Positions 16,100 to 26,329 of a DNA stretch of 64,000 nucleotides are shown here, in pieces. This DNA is from Candidatus Saccharicenans sp. (GTDB lineage: Bacteria > Acidobacteriota > Aminicenantia > Aminicenantales > Saccharicenantaceae), in contig JANLFU010000002.1 in NCBI GenBank assembly GCA_024653215.1, positions 147,337 through 211,336 of the forward strand, read 5' to 3'. The position numbers were made by a program, and so were the translations under genes. The notes below the pieces were generated by a model, which ran no database searches, was not told the origin of the DNA, and was given only the letters and a program-made list of their open reading frames with translations. Every line of letters starts with the position of its first letter. Positions within the stretch are counted from its first letter, which is position 1.

Positions 16100-19000
16100 A
16101 TGATTGATCTGGAAAGTCGCATTATCCAGGCACTTGAAGCCAGACCTGGACAGAAAGCTAGTCAACTTGCCGATTCCCTTGGCGTTGACAAGAGACGGGT
16201 GAATTCATTGCTATATAATTCACTGAAAAGTCTAGTACACCAGGATCAACACTATCGCTGGTATCTAAGAAAGTCATCTAAGAATGACAAACAGAGCGAT
16301 GAAAGCCCAAAACGCTTGGATACACCTCTCGCCAAGCTTTGCGCATACTATTTGGATTGTTTGAGTTACGATGACTTGGGTGGGATTAGCGAATTTGCTT
16401 CCTCATTATATGGCCAACCTGCTTATATTGAGTTGGCCTCATTGCCGATTTTAGATAAAGGCGGTACAGATCCTTTCGACTCGGAAAGCGGACGGAAACT
16501 TCTCAAAAGTGTTAGACGAGATAAAAATAGACAAATGATCTTGCTGGGATATCCAGTACTTCTAAATCTGATACGTTCTAATAAGTCGGACTGGGAAGGA
16601 TTTAAAGTAGAGCCAATCTTTCTCTTCTCATATCAAATGGATGCCGGCAAAGACTCGAAGCCCACGCTGAGCGATGACTTGCCGCAGATCAATTTTCGAG
16701 CATTACGCTCTCTGCTGGGCACAGGCGAAACGAACTTGATGGAGGAGGCTATTCAGCTTGCTAAAGAGCTTGGACTGGGAAATATAAATGGTGAACAGCC
16801 TGATCTGGATGAGTTGTTCGTACGACTACGAGAAATCCGTCCAGAATGGAGCTGGCAAGAGGAAATAGATCCCTATGTCCTTAGCAATGGCATTCCGCTG
16901 GCCGACTTGAAGGAGCCAGGTATTTACAATCGTGCAATTCTCGTTGCGGCCGAGCGCTCTCCATACACAAAAGGATTAGAATCAGAGCTCGCAATGTTAC
17001 AGTCAGTCGAAGAGAACAATTATCGCCAGACATCGCTTGGAAGTTGGCTTACGAGACAAAAAATTGAATCACCGCCCTCTGACCAACAGGTACTCTTAGA
17101 AGTTCTGCCGTTGAATAGTGAGCAGCGGCAAGCTGTAAGGCAGGCTCTCTCAAATCCTTTGACGGTCATTACTGGCCCACCTGGAACCGGTAAGTCGCAG
17201 GTTGTTACATCGATCCTCATTAATGCCGCATGGCAAGGAAAATCCGTTTTGTTCGCCAGTAAAAATAATAAGGCTGTTGATGTCGTGCATACCAGGGTCA
17301 ACTCGCTAGGGCCGCGCCCCGTGTTACTTCGACTTGGGGCGAACGATTACCAGGCGCAACTCTCAGATCACCTAACATCTTTACTCGCTTCTTCTGCAAC
17401 TGAGGAAGATCACGAGCGATACAACAAATACAAGGCTGATCATATAGAACTATTGAAGAAATCAGATGCTTTAGATAGGGCTTTTCAGGAATTGGTGCAG
17501 CTTCGAAATGAAGTTGATGCTCTTGAGCAGCGTGTCGAGCAGTCAAGGCGCGACATGGGAGAGGAAATCTTTGCGCGGACCAGGTTTATAGATAGGAAAG
17601 AGTTGGATATATTGTCAACACGCGTACTTGAAAATATAAATCAAGCAGACAGGGCTAAACAATCCTTTTTTGTAAAATTTCTCTGGCCCTTCGTCAGAAA
17701 AAAGCGATTCAAAAAATTGAATTTGGCCATTCTTTCTTTCCGCGAAATGGCATTAAGGCTGGGCCTGCCACTACCTGAGAGGGCTGTGGATTCAACCACG
17801 ATTAATGAGTGGATTGACTATGGTTCAAAATTAGTTAATAGAATTTCTCAAGTAGCAGAAGCCCAACAGTATTTCAATAAACTAGATTTGCTTAGCAATG
17901 GCCATACCATTGAGGAGCTAAGTCGGTTACGGAATCAGCTCACCAAGGATTTATCCGTCAACTCAAAGGAATTGTGGCAGGCATGGCTGCGAATTCAGCC
18001 GGCTCGCTTAAATCCCGAACAGCGCAAGCTAATTGGCGAATACAGTTCACTGCTTCAGATGATTGTATTTGCAAATGAACAGAACCGTCAGTTGGACCGG
18101 GATGTGCTACGGCGGTATAACCAGCTATTCCCACAGATAACATCAATCCTTCCATGTTGGGCCGTTACATCACTTTCCACTCATGGGCGCGTACCTTTCG
18201 AGCCGAACTACTTTGACCTCCTCGTGATTGACGAGGCCAGCCAGTGTGATATCGCCTCTGCAATTCCTCTTTTATACAGAGCCCGCCGAGTCGTCGTGAT
18301 CGGAGACCCGATGCAGCTCCGGCACATCAGCACCCTGTCCAAACAACAAGATCAGCAATTATTGAGCAAACACGAGTTAACTGATGGCTATCTGGGATGG
18401 GCTTACTCGACTCGATCATTATTTGATCTCGCCAGCAGCCTTTGCCGGAGTGAGGACATAGTCGACCTGCGCGACCATCATCGTTCACATGCGGATATTA
18501 TTAATTTCTCAAATGAGATATTTTATGAGGGCCGACTTCGGGTGGCGACACGTTATGACAACTTGCGCCGCCCTAGACCTGATGAGCCAGCAGTGCGGTG
18601 GATTCACGTTGAAGGAAAAACCATACGTCCAAAAACAGGTGGAGCCGTTAATCAAGAGGAAGCCCGCCGGGTTGTTGATGAGCTCCAACGCCTGTTAAAC
18701 CAAGGGTATAGGGGTAGTGTAGGTGTAGTCAGTCCATTTAGGGCACAAGCTAATTTAATCCGGGATTTGGTATTTCAAAATGAAAATCTAAGCTCAAGGC
18801 TGTCCAATCTAGACTTTCTAGTAGACACTGTCCACAAATTTCAGGGAGACGAAAGAGACGTGATGATATTTTCCCCTGTGGTGTCGATAGGAGTTCCCGA
18901 CACAGCTTTGGGCTTCCTTAGAAGTAATCCGAATCTTTTCAATGTTGCCATTACCAGGGCGCGAGCTGCTCTTGTGGTTGTCGGGGACCACATGGCAGCA

Positions 19001-19444
19001 ATGAACAGTGGAGTGGATTATCTAGCTCGTTTTGCATCCTACGTAGATAGGGTTAATAGAAGTGCTAAAGCTAATATGGGGGAAACTTACGTTGATCTCG
19101 GCCCCGAGTATCCGGATATGGCAAGGCCGGAACTTGTGTCCGATTGGGAACGTCTATTCTATAGAGTCGCCTATAAAGCAGGCCTAAGGCCCATACCGCA
19201 GTATCAAGTAGAAAAATATCTGCTTGATTTTGCTATTATAATTGGTGAAAGGCGTCTCAACATTGAGATTGATGGGGAGCAGTACCACCGTAATTGGAAT
19301 GGCGAGTTGTGTCGCAGGGATCAGATCAGAAACCAGCGCCTTATGGAGCTTGGTTGGGATGTTATGCGGTTCTGGGTCTATCAGATAAGGGACGATATTG
19401 AAAAATGCGTCGCCCGGGTCATTCAATGGACAGAACGCAATTAA
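16100..19444 (+). CDS. wHTH + Upf1/DNA2-like SF1B helicase (AAA_11/AAA_12) + DUF559/Vsr-like endonuclease domain
   Basis: ATG 16100 is preceded by GGAG; the listed TTG 16016 is less likely. The N-terminal IIQALEARPGQKASQLADSLGVDKRRVNSLLY is wHTH-like. Helicase motifs are ITGPPGTGKSQ (~17174-17197), LLVIDEASQ, VVIGDPMQL, HKFQGDERDVMIFS and NVAITRAR. The C-terminal YLLDFAIIIGERRLNIEIDGEQYH...RDQIRNQRLMELGWDVMRFW is DUF559-like. Confidence 0.8.
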   Translation: MIDLESRIIQALEARPGQKASQLADSLGVDKRRVNSLLYNSLKSLVHQDQHYRWYLRKSSKNDKQSDESPKRLDTPLAKLCAYYLDCLSYDDLGGISEFASSLYGQPAYIELASLPILDKGGTDPFDSESGRKLLKSVRRDKNRQMILLGYPVLLNLIRSNKSDWEGFKVEPIFLFSYQMDAGKDSKPTLSDDLPQINFRALRSLLGTGETNLMEEAIQLAKELGLGNINGEQPDLDELFVRLREIRPEWSWQEEIDPYVLSNGIPLADLKEPGIYNRAILVAAERSPYTKGLESELAMLQSVEENNYRQTSLGSWLTRQKIESPPSDQQVLLEVLPLNSEQRQAVRQALSNPLTVITGPPGTGKSQVVTSILINAAWQGKSVLFASKNNKAVDVVHTRVNSLGPRPVLLRLGANDYQAQLSDHLTSLLASSATEEDHERYNKYKADHIELLKKSDALDRAFQELVQLRNEVDALEQRVEQSRRDMGEEIFARTRFIDRKELDILSTRVLENINQADRAKQSFFVKFLWPFVRKKRFKKLNLAILSFREMALRLGLPLPERAVDSTTINEWIDYGSKLVNRISQVAEAQQYFNKLDLLSNGHTIEELSRLRNQLTKDLSVNSKELWQAWLRIQPARLNPEQRKLIGEYSSLLQMIVFANEQNRQLDRDVLRRYNQLFPQITSILPCWAVTSLSTHGRVPFEPNYFDLLVIDEASQCDIASAIPLLYRARRVVVIGDPMQLRHISTLSKQQDQQLLSKHELTDGYLGWAYSTRSLFDLASSLCRSEDIVDLRDHHRSHADIINFSNEIFYEGRLRVATRYDNLRRPRPDEPAVRWIHVEGKTIRPKTGGAVNQEEARRVVDELQRLLNQGYRGSVGVVSPFRAQANLIRDLVFQNENLSSRLSNLDFLVDTVHKFQGDERDVMIFSPVVSIGVPDTALGFLRSNPNLFNVAITRARAALVVVGDHMAAMNSGVDYLARFASYVDRVNRSAKANMGETYVDLGPEYPDMARPELVSDWERLFYRVAYKAGLRPIPQYQVEKYLLDFAIIIGERRLNIEIDGEQYHRNWNGELCRRDQIRNQRLMELGWDVMRFWVYQIRDDIEKCVARVIQWTERN

Positions 19445-19853
19445 AGCATTACCTCATCACATATGGCAACGATAGATGATCTTGATAATCTCATATCGCT
19501 AAATAAGGATCACAAGTATTTGAGAAAGAAGAGAAGATATGCCTCAAGATGAATCAGAGAATTGTTAGAAGCTGTAATTTGGAGTTTTATATGGTGTGGC
19601 ATACCTGCTGACATTACAGATAAAAATTCTGATAAAGTTAAAAGAATTCAATGAAATATAAAAATAGATATTTCTGGGTTTTTCCGTGATTTACCATAGT
19701 ACGCCCTCCCTTTAACACCTCTTTTCATAGACTTCGCCTTCATAAGTAAAAAACTTCTCTCTTAAGGTTGAAGCCTCAAAAACAAGATATTGACATGAAG
19801 CTCTTTTATATCGATTTGCGAACTATTTTGTAAACTAGCGTTTCCCCTAAAGT

Positions 19854-20414
19854 TCATTTTTTTATTTTTTTATTGTATCTGTTCTTCTTTTTATTGATTA
19901 ACATACATGACGCAAATATGGCAAAGAACAGCATAAAAAAGCTTCCGTAAAATGACCAACACGCATACTTCGATTTGGGGTATAAAATAATAATTAAACA
20001 GAGTACATCAACTATCGAAATAATCACCAGGGAAAATAGAAATAGGAAGGTAAGAGTTTTTCCGATTGGCTCAGCAACTGCCTGCATGTACCACGTTCTA
20101 ATAGGTACTTCATAAATATTTCCGGGTTTATATTCTTCTTTTCGTATTTGGCTATATTTTTCCCCAATCTTAAGAAGTCTTTCACTCTCAGCCGCTAGGT
20201 GCCATGCTCCGATTAATGAAATGATAAAGCCTATGAGTGGAAAAATGAAAATTGCTTGATTGAGTACTTTAAGTTCTTTTTTCAAGAAAGGCATAATAAA
20301 AATTGTTACAGCAGCTCCACCCCACAAGTAAAAGGATTTCCAAAACATCATGTGTCTATATTTGTATTCATCCCACAATAACTCGGCCCATTTCATATCA
20401 TCAGAAGTGTTCAT
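19854..20414 (-). CDS. Hypothetical multi-pass membrane protein (about 4 TM segments)
   Basis: 186 aa and very AT-rich. It has hydrophobic segments and a lysine-rich C-terminal tail, with AGGAGA before the ATG. No family recognised. Confidence 0.5.
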   Translation of the reverse strand: MNTSDDMKWAELLWDEYKYRHMMFWKSFYLWGGAAVTIFIMPFLKKELKVLNQAIFIFPLIGFIISLIGAWHLAAESERLLKIGEKYSQIRKEEYKPGNIYEVPIRTWYMQAVAEPIGKTLTFLFLFSLVIISIVDVLCLIIILYPKSKYACWSFYGSFFMLFFAIFASCMLINKKKNRYNKKIKK

Positions 20415-21271
20415 TATAAATCTCCTAAAAGTATGTTTCGATGGATGCTTATGTACATAATAAAATCACTATATTTTCTTCTAATTATCGTGTCTAGTTA
20501 TATTAAGTGAGTTTGTTTTATCTATTTATTAAGTTTAAATTTATAATAAGAATTCACTAAATAGAAGTCAAATATGAATATTTTTGTATTATAATATTAT
20601 TTCAGGTTACGTAGAGCGATGTAGAGTAAAAAGCTAGTTAATAAGATGTGCCCATATATTATTGTCAGCTAATGCCTAAAGTAATAGTTCAGAAATTGGA
20701 TTAGTGCCCAGTTTAAAAGATCCATGTTATTTTGGTCACATTTATAATTAAAAGCGAGATTCATTCGATAACTATTGTTTAAAAAAATCTTGAAAGAACG
20801 ATATATATGTCATCAATAATTAAGGGCTCCTATTGAAACAGAAGGGGTAAGCTGAAGTTTAAAACCTTGCTTTCAATTACAAGCATTTAGTAGGGAGATT
20901 GGTTAGCCCTTGATATATACTCCTGTTATGAGTGATACCCATAATCATTATAGCAGAGGGTGCATATTCTTATGTCACGTTATTAAAAAAATAATAATCT
21001 TAGATCAAGAGCCTTAACATAATCGTCCAGAATATCATAGAGTGTGTAGATATTAGATAAAGTTTGGTGATACTCTCGAAAAAGGATATCAAAAAACTTT
21101 CTCGCAAGATAAGCGATTTTAATTGCTTTTATAAATGCGTATACAAAGCAAAACAAAAATATAGTAAGATCTGCGAAACTTCAAAATTATAATATTTGTA
21201 GTCAAGTTTTTTGATAATTGCCCGATTTTTGATATATATATTTTAATCATTTTAAAAAAGGAGGGATATAA

Positions 21272-22009
21272 ATGGAAAAAGATAAGATTGAATTACAAAA
21301 GGCATCGATCCTTACGACTTTAATACCCGAAATATCTTTTGATGTTATTGGGAGGATATCACCATCATTGCTATTGATACTTACAATATTGGTAGATCTC
21401 GGTTATTTCAAAAATGGGCAGCCGTTCTCAATATCCAATCTTATTAACATTTCGGGAGGTACCTTGTTAGGAATTATATTTGCTTTATCTGTTATCGCCT
21501 ATATAATAGGCTTATTCCTTTCAAATCTAAGTTATATATTTTTTGGAACGTTCGCTACTCAGGTGTGGAAAAAGTCAGTGGGGGAAAATAGAGTTAAATC
21601 TATATGTAATCTATTGGCAAGCATTTATTCAGGAGAATATGCTCATGAGTATGAATTGATATATAAAAAGAAATGGGAGGAATATAACTTATATGATTTT
21701 GATAGAATATATACCGATACCCATGAGATGCTTAAGAACCACAACATGTATGCGAATCAGCTATTACAAAAATTGAGTGGAGAATTTATTTATTTCCAAA
21801 CGCTGGCATTATCAGTGTTAATTTGGTTTATTTTTCATTTATTTCTAAAAGGAATATCATTAAATAGCATTATTATTGCATTGGCTACATTATTTATGTT
21901 TTTGATATGCAGAGATAGAGCAAAACGAAGATATGGTAGGCTTGTGCTACGGCAAATATCATTGTTTTTTGCAAATTATAATGAAATATTAACATCTCGA
22001 AAAATATAA
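21272..22009 (+). CDS. Hypothetical multi-pass membrane protein
   Basis: 245 aa, with AAGGAGGG 7 nt upstream of the ATG. N-terminal and C-terminal TM pairs flank a ~90-aa soluble segment. No family recognised. Confidence 0.5.
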   Translation: MEKDKIELQKASILTTLIPEISFDVIGRISPSLLLILTILVDLGYFKNGQPFSISNLINISGGTLLGIIFALSVIAYIIGLFLSNLSYIFFGTFATQVWKKSVGENRVKSICNLLASIYSGEYAHEYELIYKKKWEEYNLYDFDRIYTDTHEMLKNHNMYANQLLQKLSGEFIYFQTLALSVLIWFIFHLFLKGISLNSIIIALATLFMFLICRDRAKRRYGRLVLRQISLFFANYNEILTSRKI

Positions 22010-22105
22010 TAAAAACAAAATCTACATGATAATTAAATCGATAATATATATAACCTACATTATAATAGAAACAGTTTTTTCGAGATACTTAATATATTAA
22101 ATTTC

Positions 22106-24529
22106 TTATCTTTTCTTTACAGGAACATGACGACAATTTGGAATTCTACATAAAGAATCGAGCAAAGAAGATATTGAAGGAGAAATAATCTGGTTCTTAA
22201 TGAAAGATACCATCTCCCCATATTTGTCGCCCTGAGCTCTTTTAATATATTTACCCTTCTCCTCTTCTATTAAAAATCCAAAATCAATTGCCGCTTGTAA
22301 GAAATCCTCTGGTGATTCGGCTCCTTTTTCTTTTTTACCCCTTAAAACGCCTCTTCTATCAAGCATGTTTCTACGTGCTTGTCCGTCTGGGTATATATAT
22401 TTTCTAAAAAGGACCATAAGTTGCCTTGCAGAAGGACAAATACCTTCTGTTTTAGGTTCTCGACCGGTATACTTTGAAATGATATCTATAAACTCATCAT
22501 AATCATCTATTAATTTATCATTTAACTTAGCAGATTGAAAATGTTCACAATCACCGAATTTTGCGTCCTTAAGAAAATCCTTTGAACTATTCTTGAATAC
22601 AGTTCCTCTTATTATTGCACCTTCAAATCTAGCATTTTGGAGAATACAATTATCGAAAATCGTATTAGAAAGATCTGAAGCCCGGAAAGAAATATCTCGG
22701 AGATCTTTATTTCTAAATATCAGGTCCTTTAGATTTTTCCCTTCTAGAGAAATCAGCCCCTCTCTAATTGGTATAAAACCGTTATTTGAATTTAATAGTA
22801 TTTGAATAATATTTCTAATGCCGTCAGATGAGAAATTTTCATGGCAAGGCAGTTCCGCAAGTTCATTAAGTTTATTTGCTAATCCATTAACTAAAACAGA
22901 AAGAATGACTGAATCTGGAGGAAATGACTTTAAGGATATTAAGTGAGCAAAAGATGTGGTGTTATTGTTGTATAAATATTTGATGAGTCTTTGTCCAACT
23001 AAATATTCTGATATTAATTCATGGGTAAATTCGATTTTTCCAGAAGCATCGCTCTTCTTAAAAAATGGTGCCATTAATAGGCTCGAGATTAAGTCATTTG
23101 TTTCGGTATCATTTAAAGGCCTAGAGGCTAAACATAACGAAAGATTAGCAAGATCTTTAAGCTCCTTTAGATAGATACCCTTTGATTTATAATTTTCTAA
23201 AGCTATTTCTTCTAGCCATTCTCGGTATGAACTTGGAGGGAAAACGTCTTTATTTATCAGTCTTTTTTCATTTTCCCTGTTATACATTCCCTCAATAATA
23301 AGATTAATAAGATAGTGCTCAGTTATTTCATCGCTCGATGTAAAAGTTAATTTATCATCCTTAAATAACTTAATTAGTAAATCTGCATAAAATGGTGTCG
23401 ATGATAATTTTTGGAGAATTGGACTCGAATTAATTGTTTTCATGTATCTTTGGACAATGGGAGTGTTTTTATCATCTAATTTTGGGAATCTATCTTCTAG
23501 GTTGATCCACGCATGTGCTCTTTTTTCTTTTTCTTCCCAACGTTTTAAAATAAAAACATCAATATATTCCTTATAATCATCTATGAAGTCTTTTAAATCA
23601 TCGCAAGTCTCAAATAAAGAATCCCTCATAGATATTATAATTGCCGGAGTTGCGTAAGGAGCTGTTATCCGGTCTTCTAAATATTCTATAAAATTAGAAT
23701 CTCTTGTAATAACCTCATCAAGGCCATCAAGCATTAAGATTCCAAATCTTTTGTCTATAAGCCAATTAAAGTATTCTCTTCGCAAATTTGCTGAAAATTC
23801 AGTTCTTATAAAAGCGTCAATTAGACCCTTCACAGTAGGCCCAGCGGCTTCCTTCAAGTGACTAGATAAAAGAGGAAGAGGGCGAGGAAAAAGTTCAAGA
23901 TGTTTTTTCGAATGTTGAAAGCGATCATATATCTTATAAAATATCGATTCAAAGCAAAACGATTTTCCTTGGCCGGCAGGTGCGATTATGAACCAAATAA
24001 AGGGTTTTTCATTATCAATACAGTTTTCTAGTTCGTGCATCATGTCAGAAGCTAGATCAAGACCGCCATCTTCTGGATTCGATTTTTTCATATATGGCTG
24101 TTGCACTCGTTTATTTTCGTTTTTCCTGGCGGATTCGCTCAATTCTTTAGTGGCGGAGGCTGCGTTTTCAGCGACCTCCCAGCTAAATGGGGTATCAAAA
24201 AATTGAATAGGAACTTGAATTTTAACATTACACTCGTTATAAGCCCTGGATTTAAATTCTTGAGTAAGTCCTTCTGTAGTATCTACAAGAAGTCTTAATT
24301 TGGCACGGGGATATTTTTTAAACATGCCACGAAATCTGGAAAGATATTCTTCTTCCAATAAAATGATATTCTTATCTTTCCTAAGCTCTGATGTAAGTAA
24401 CCATACACACACTTCATCTATTTCATCTCCATATAATCTATTTTCTGCGATAATAAATGTTGGGTCTTTTATGGTGACTTGAAATCCTTGCGATTCATAA
24501 AAACCTTTTACAATTTCTATAAGATTCAT
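22106..24529 (-). CDS. NACHT/STAND P-loop NTPase with C-terminal pentapeptide repeats and a small N-terminal domain
   Basis: 807 aa. Walker A IIAPAGQGKS (~23961-23985) and Walker B ILMLDGLDEV (~23713-23742). The pentapeptide-repeat run is LIFRNKDLRDISFRASDLSNTIFDNCILQNARFEGAIIRGTVFKNS (~22590-22800). The first ~110 residues (GFQV...FIIAE...DEIDEVCVWLL) could be an REase-like effector, but that is uncertain. Confidence 0.75.
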   Translation of the reverse strand: MNLIEIVKGFYESQGFQVTIKDPTFIIAENRLYGDEIDEVCVWLLTSELRKDKNIILLEEEYLSRFRGMFKKYPRAKLRLLVDTTEGLTQEFKSRAYNECNVKIQVPIQFFDTPFSWEVAENAASATKELSESARKNENKRVQQPYMKKSNPEDGGLDLASDMMHELENCIDNEKPFIWFIIAPAGQGKSFCFESIFYKIYDRFQHSKKHLELFPRPLPLLSSHLKEAAGPTVKGLIDAFIRTEFSANLRREYFNWLIDKRFGILMLDGLDEVITRDSNFIEYLEDRITAPYATPAIIISMRDSLFETCDDLKDFIDDYKEYIDVFILKRWEEKEKRAHAWINLEDRFPKLDDKNTPIVQRYMKTINSSPILQKLSSTPFYADLLIKLFKDDKLTFTSSDEITEHYLINLIIEGMYNRENEKRLINKDVFPPSSYREWLEEIALENYKSKGIYLKELKDLANLSLCLASRPLNDTETNDLISSLLMAPFFKKSDASGKIEFTHELISEYLVGQRLIKYLYNNNTTSFAHLISLKSFPPDSVILSVLVNGLANKLNELAELPCHENFSSDGIRNIIQILLNSNNGFIPIREGLISLEGKNLKDLIFRNKDLRDISFRASDLSNTIFDNCILQNARFEGAIIRGTVFKNSSKDFLKDAKFGDCEHFQSAKLNDKLIDDYDEFIDIISKYTGREPKTEGICPSARQLMVLFRKYIYPDGQARRNMLDRRGVLRGKKEKGAESPEDFLQAAIDFGFLIEEEKGKYIKRAQGDKYGEMVSFIKNQIISPSISSLLDSLCRIPNCRHVPVKKR

Positions 24530-24738
24530 ATCGCCTCCTCTAAATATTCAGAAAATATCTTTGAATTAATTAAAATAATTTAATCGATCTTGTCAAGACT
24601 ATTAGGTATATAGGCTAAACATAGAATAAAAGCTGAGAGGCGGAGCGGTTACTGGAAGAATTCTTGTTTGTAAATGAGGACTATTATATTGATAAAAGTT
24701 ATGATTATGTTATAAAAAGAGAGACTGGGAGGAATAGG

Positions 24739-26322
24739 ATGAGTGGCAGGCATAGGCACGATGAAAATAGCGGGCAGGGGTGGTGCTGTCCGGCAGGTGA
24801 GATGAACCGGGGAGCCGGCGGGGTGCTGTCGAGACGGAGTTTTCTGAAGGGGGTTGGGGTTACCACGCTGGGAACGCTCGGGTTGAAAAATATATCGTGG
24901 GCGAATCTTGCGGAGAAGGGTGGAACATCAGGGGAGCTTGTGGCCGACCCGCGGGTTGCCCTCAAAGTGAAGCCGGTCCTGGTTTTCAGCACGCCGGAAC
25001 GAGCCCACCAGACGAGCTGGCGGTCCTGGGGCGGAATTCAGACAATGAGGGAAGCCGAGGAGGAGATAGCCCGCATCCAGGGGGAGCTGTCCGCGCTGAA
25101 GAAAATGGCGGATTTCCCGGTTGAATTCCTGCCGGTTTCCGGGGTGCGTGCGGCCTCGGACCTTTCCCAGGCGAAGGCCGACCTCGACCAGGCCGACGCC
25201 ATCATCGTCTATGCCGCCGGCGGCTGGCTGGACATATTCCGCAAGCTGGAGGAAACGGGCAAGGACCTCGTCTTCTTCTGCCGTCATCGCTCCGGCCCGG
25301 TCTATCTCTGGTATGAAATCATCAGCCCGCGCTACCTCAGGCAGCACACCGACCGCCAGGCCCTGGAGCGCGTTGACGATAGCGACGTGGTCATCGACAG
25401 CCAGGATGAGCTGCTGTGGCGGTTGCGCTCGCTCTGCGGCCTCCGCAACACGGTGGGCTCGGGAATAATCGCGGTTGGCGGACCCGACGCCTGGGCCCAG
25501 CCTCCCGGAGTTGTCCCGAAGCTGGTTGAGCAGAAGTGGAAATTCGACATAAAGACCGTATCCTACGACGAGCTGGGCCCGATCATCGCCGAGGCCCGCC
25601 GGGATTCCGCGGCCGTGAAGAGGGCAGAGCGGCGGGCCAGCGATTACCTGAAGCTACCCGGGACCAGGCTCGAAACCGGCCTTGACTTCGTGCGCAATGC
25701 CTTCCTCCTGGAAGAGGTGTTCGTGGCCCTGATGAAGCGGGCCGGCTGCCGGGCCATCACCATCAACGCCTGCATGGGGACCATCATGCCCATCGCCGAG
25801 ACCACGGCCTGCCTGACCCTGAGCCTGCTGAACGATGCCGGCTACCTGGCCTTCTGCGAATCGGATTTCGTGGTGATTCCATCGGGCGTGCTGCTGGCCA
25901 ATATTTCCGGGAAGCCCGTTTTCCTGAACGACCCGACCTACCCGCACGAGGGAATAATCACCCTGGCCCACTGCACGGCGCCGAGAAAGATGGATGGAAA
26001 GAGCCTGGAACCGGCCAGGATTCTGACCCACTTTGAGTCGGACTACGGGGCAGCCCCAAAGGTGGAAATGAGGCGCGGCCAGGTGGTCACCAACATCATC
26101 CCTGATTTTGAGGCCAAGAGGTGGGTGGGGCTGCTTGGAAAAATTGAAGAAGCTCCGTTCCTTCCCATCTGCCGGTCGCAGATTGAGGTCAGCTTCACCA
26201 GGGACAGCGAGCTCCTGGCCGGGCGCATGCCAGGCTTCCACTGGATGACCGGCTACGGCGATTACATGCGCGAGGTCGGGTACGCGTTGCGCCGCGTCGG
26301 TATCGCCTGGGATACGTTATGA
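24739..26322 (+). CDS. Tat-signal protein of unknown function
   Basis: ATG 24739 follows GGGAGGAATAGG. The twin-arginine signal is SRRSFLKGVGVTTLG. GC returns to the core-genome level here. No family confidently recognised. Confidence 0.55.
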   Translation: MSGRHRHDENSGQGWCCPAGEMNRGAGGVLSRRSFLKGVGVTTLGTLGLKNISWANLAEKGGTSGELVADPRVALKVKPVLVFSTPERAHQTSWRSWGGIQTMREAEEEIARIQGELSALKKMADFPVEFLPVSGVRAASDLSQAKADLDQADAIIVYAAGGWLDIFRKLEETGKDLVFFCRHRSGPVYLWYEIISPRYLRQHTDRQALERVDDSDVVIDSQDELLWRLRSLCGLRNTVGSGIIAVGGPDAWAQPPGVVPKLVEQKWKFDIKTVSYDELGPIIAEARRDSAAVKRAERRASDYLKLPGTRLETGLDFVRNAFLLEEVFVALMKRAGCRAITINACMGTIMPIAETTACLTLSLLNDAGYLAFCESDFVVIPSGVLLANISGKPVFLNDPTYPHEGIITLAHCTAPRKMDGKSLEPARILTHFESDYGAAPKVEMRRGQVVTNIIPDFEAKRWVGLLGKIEEAPFLPICRSQIEVSFTRDSELLAGRMPGFHWMTGYGDYMREVGYALRRVGIAWDTL

Positions 26323-26329
26323 TGATAAT

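Noticed and set aside
1151-24660. The island as a prophage, retron, DGR or ICE
   Set aside because: No reverse transcriptase, capsid/tail/terminase, relaxase, T4SS or integrase-like ORF is present in any frame of the ORF table.
24530-24740. A third copy of the tRNA-Asn 3' end marking the right island boundary
   Set aside because: I scanned the boundary and the other island intergenic regions (3670-3914, 14054-14150, 15300-16099, 19445-19853) for GCAGGTT.GA.TCCTGCCCGAGGAGCCA-like sequence and found none. The right edge is defined by composition only.
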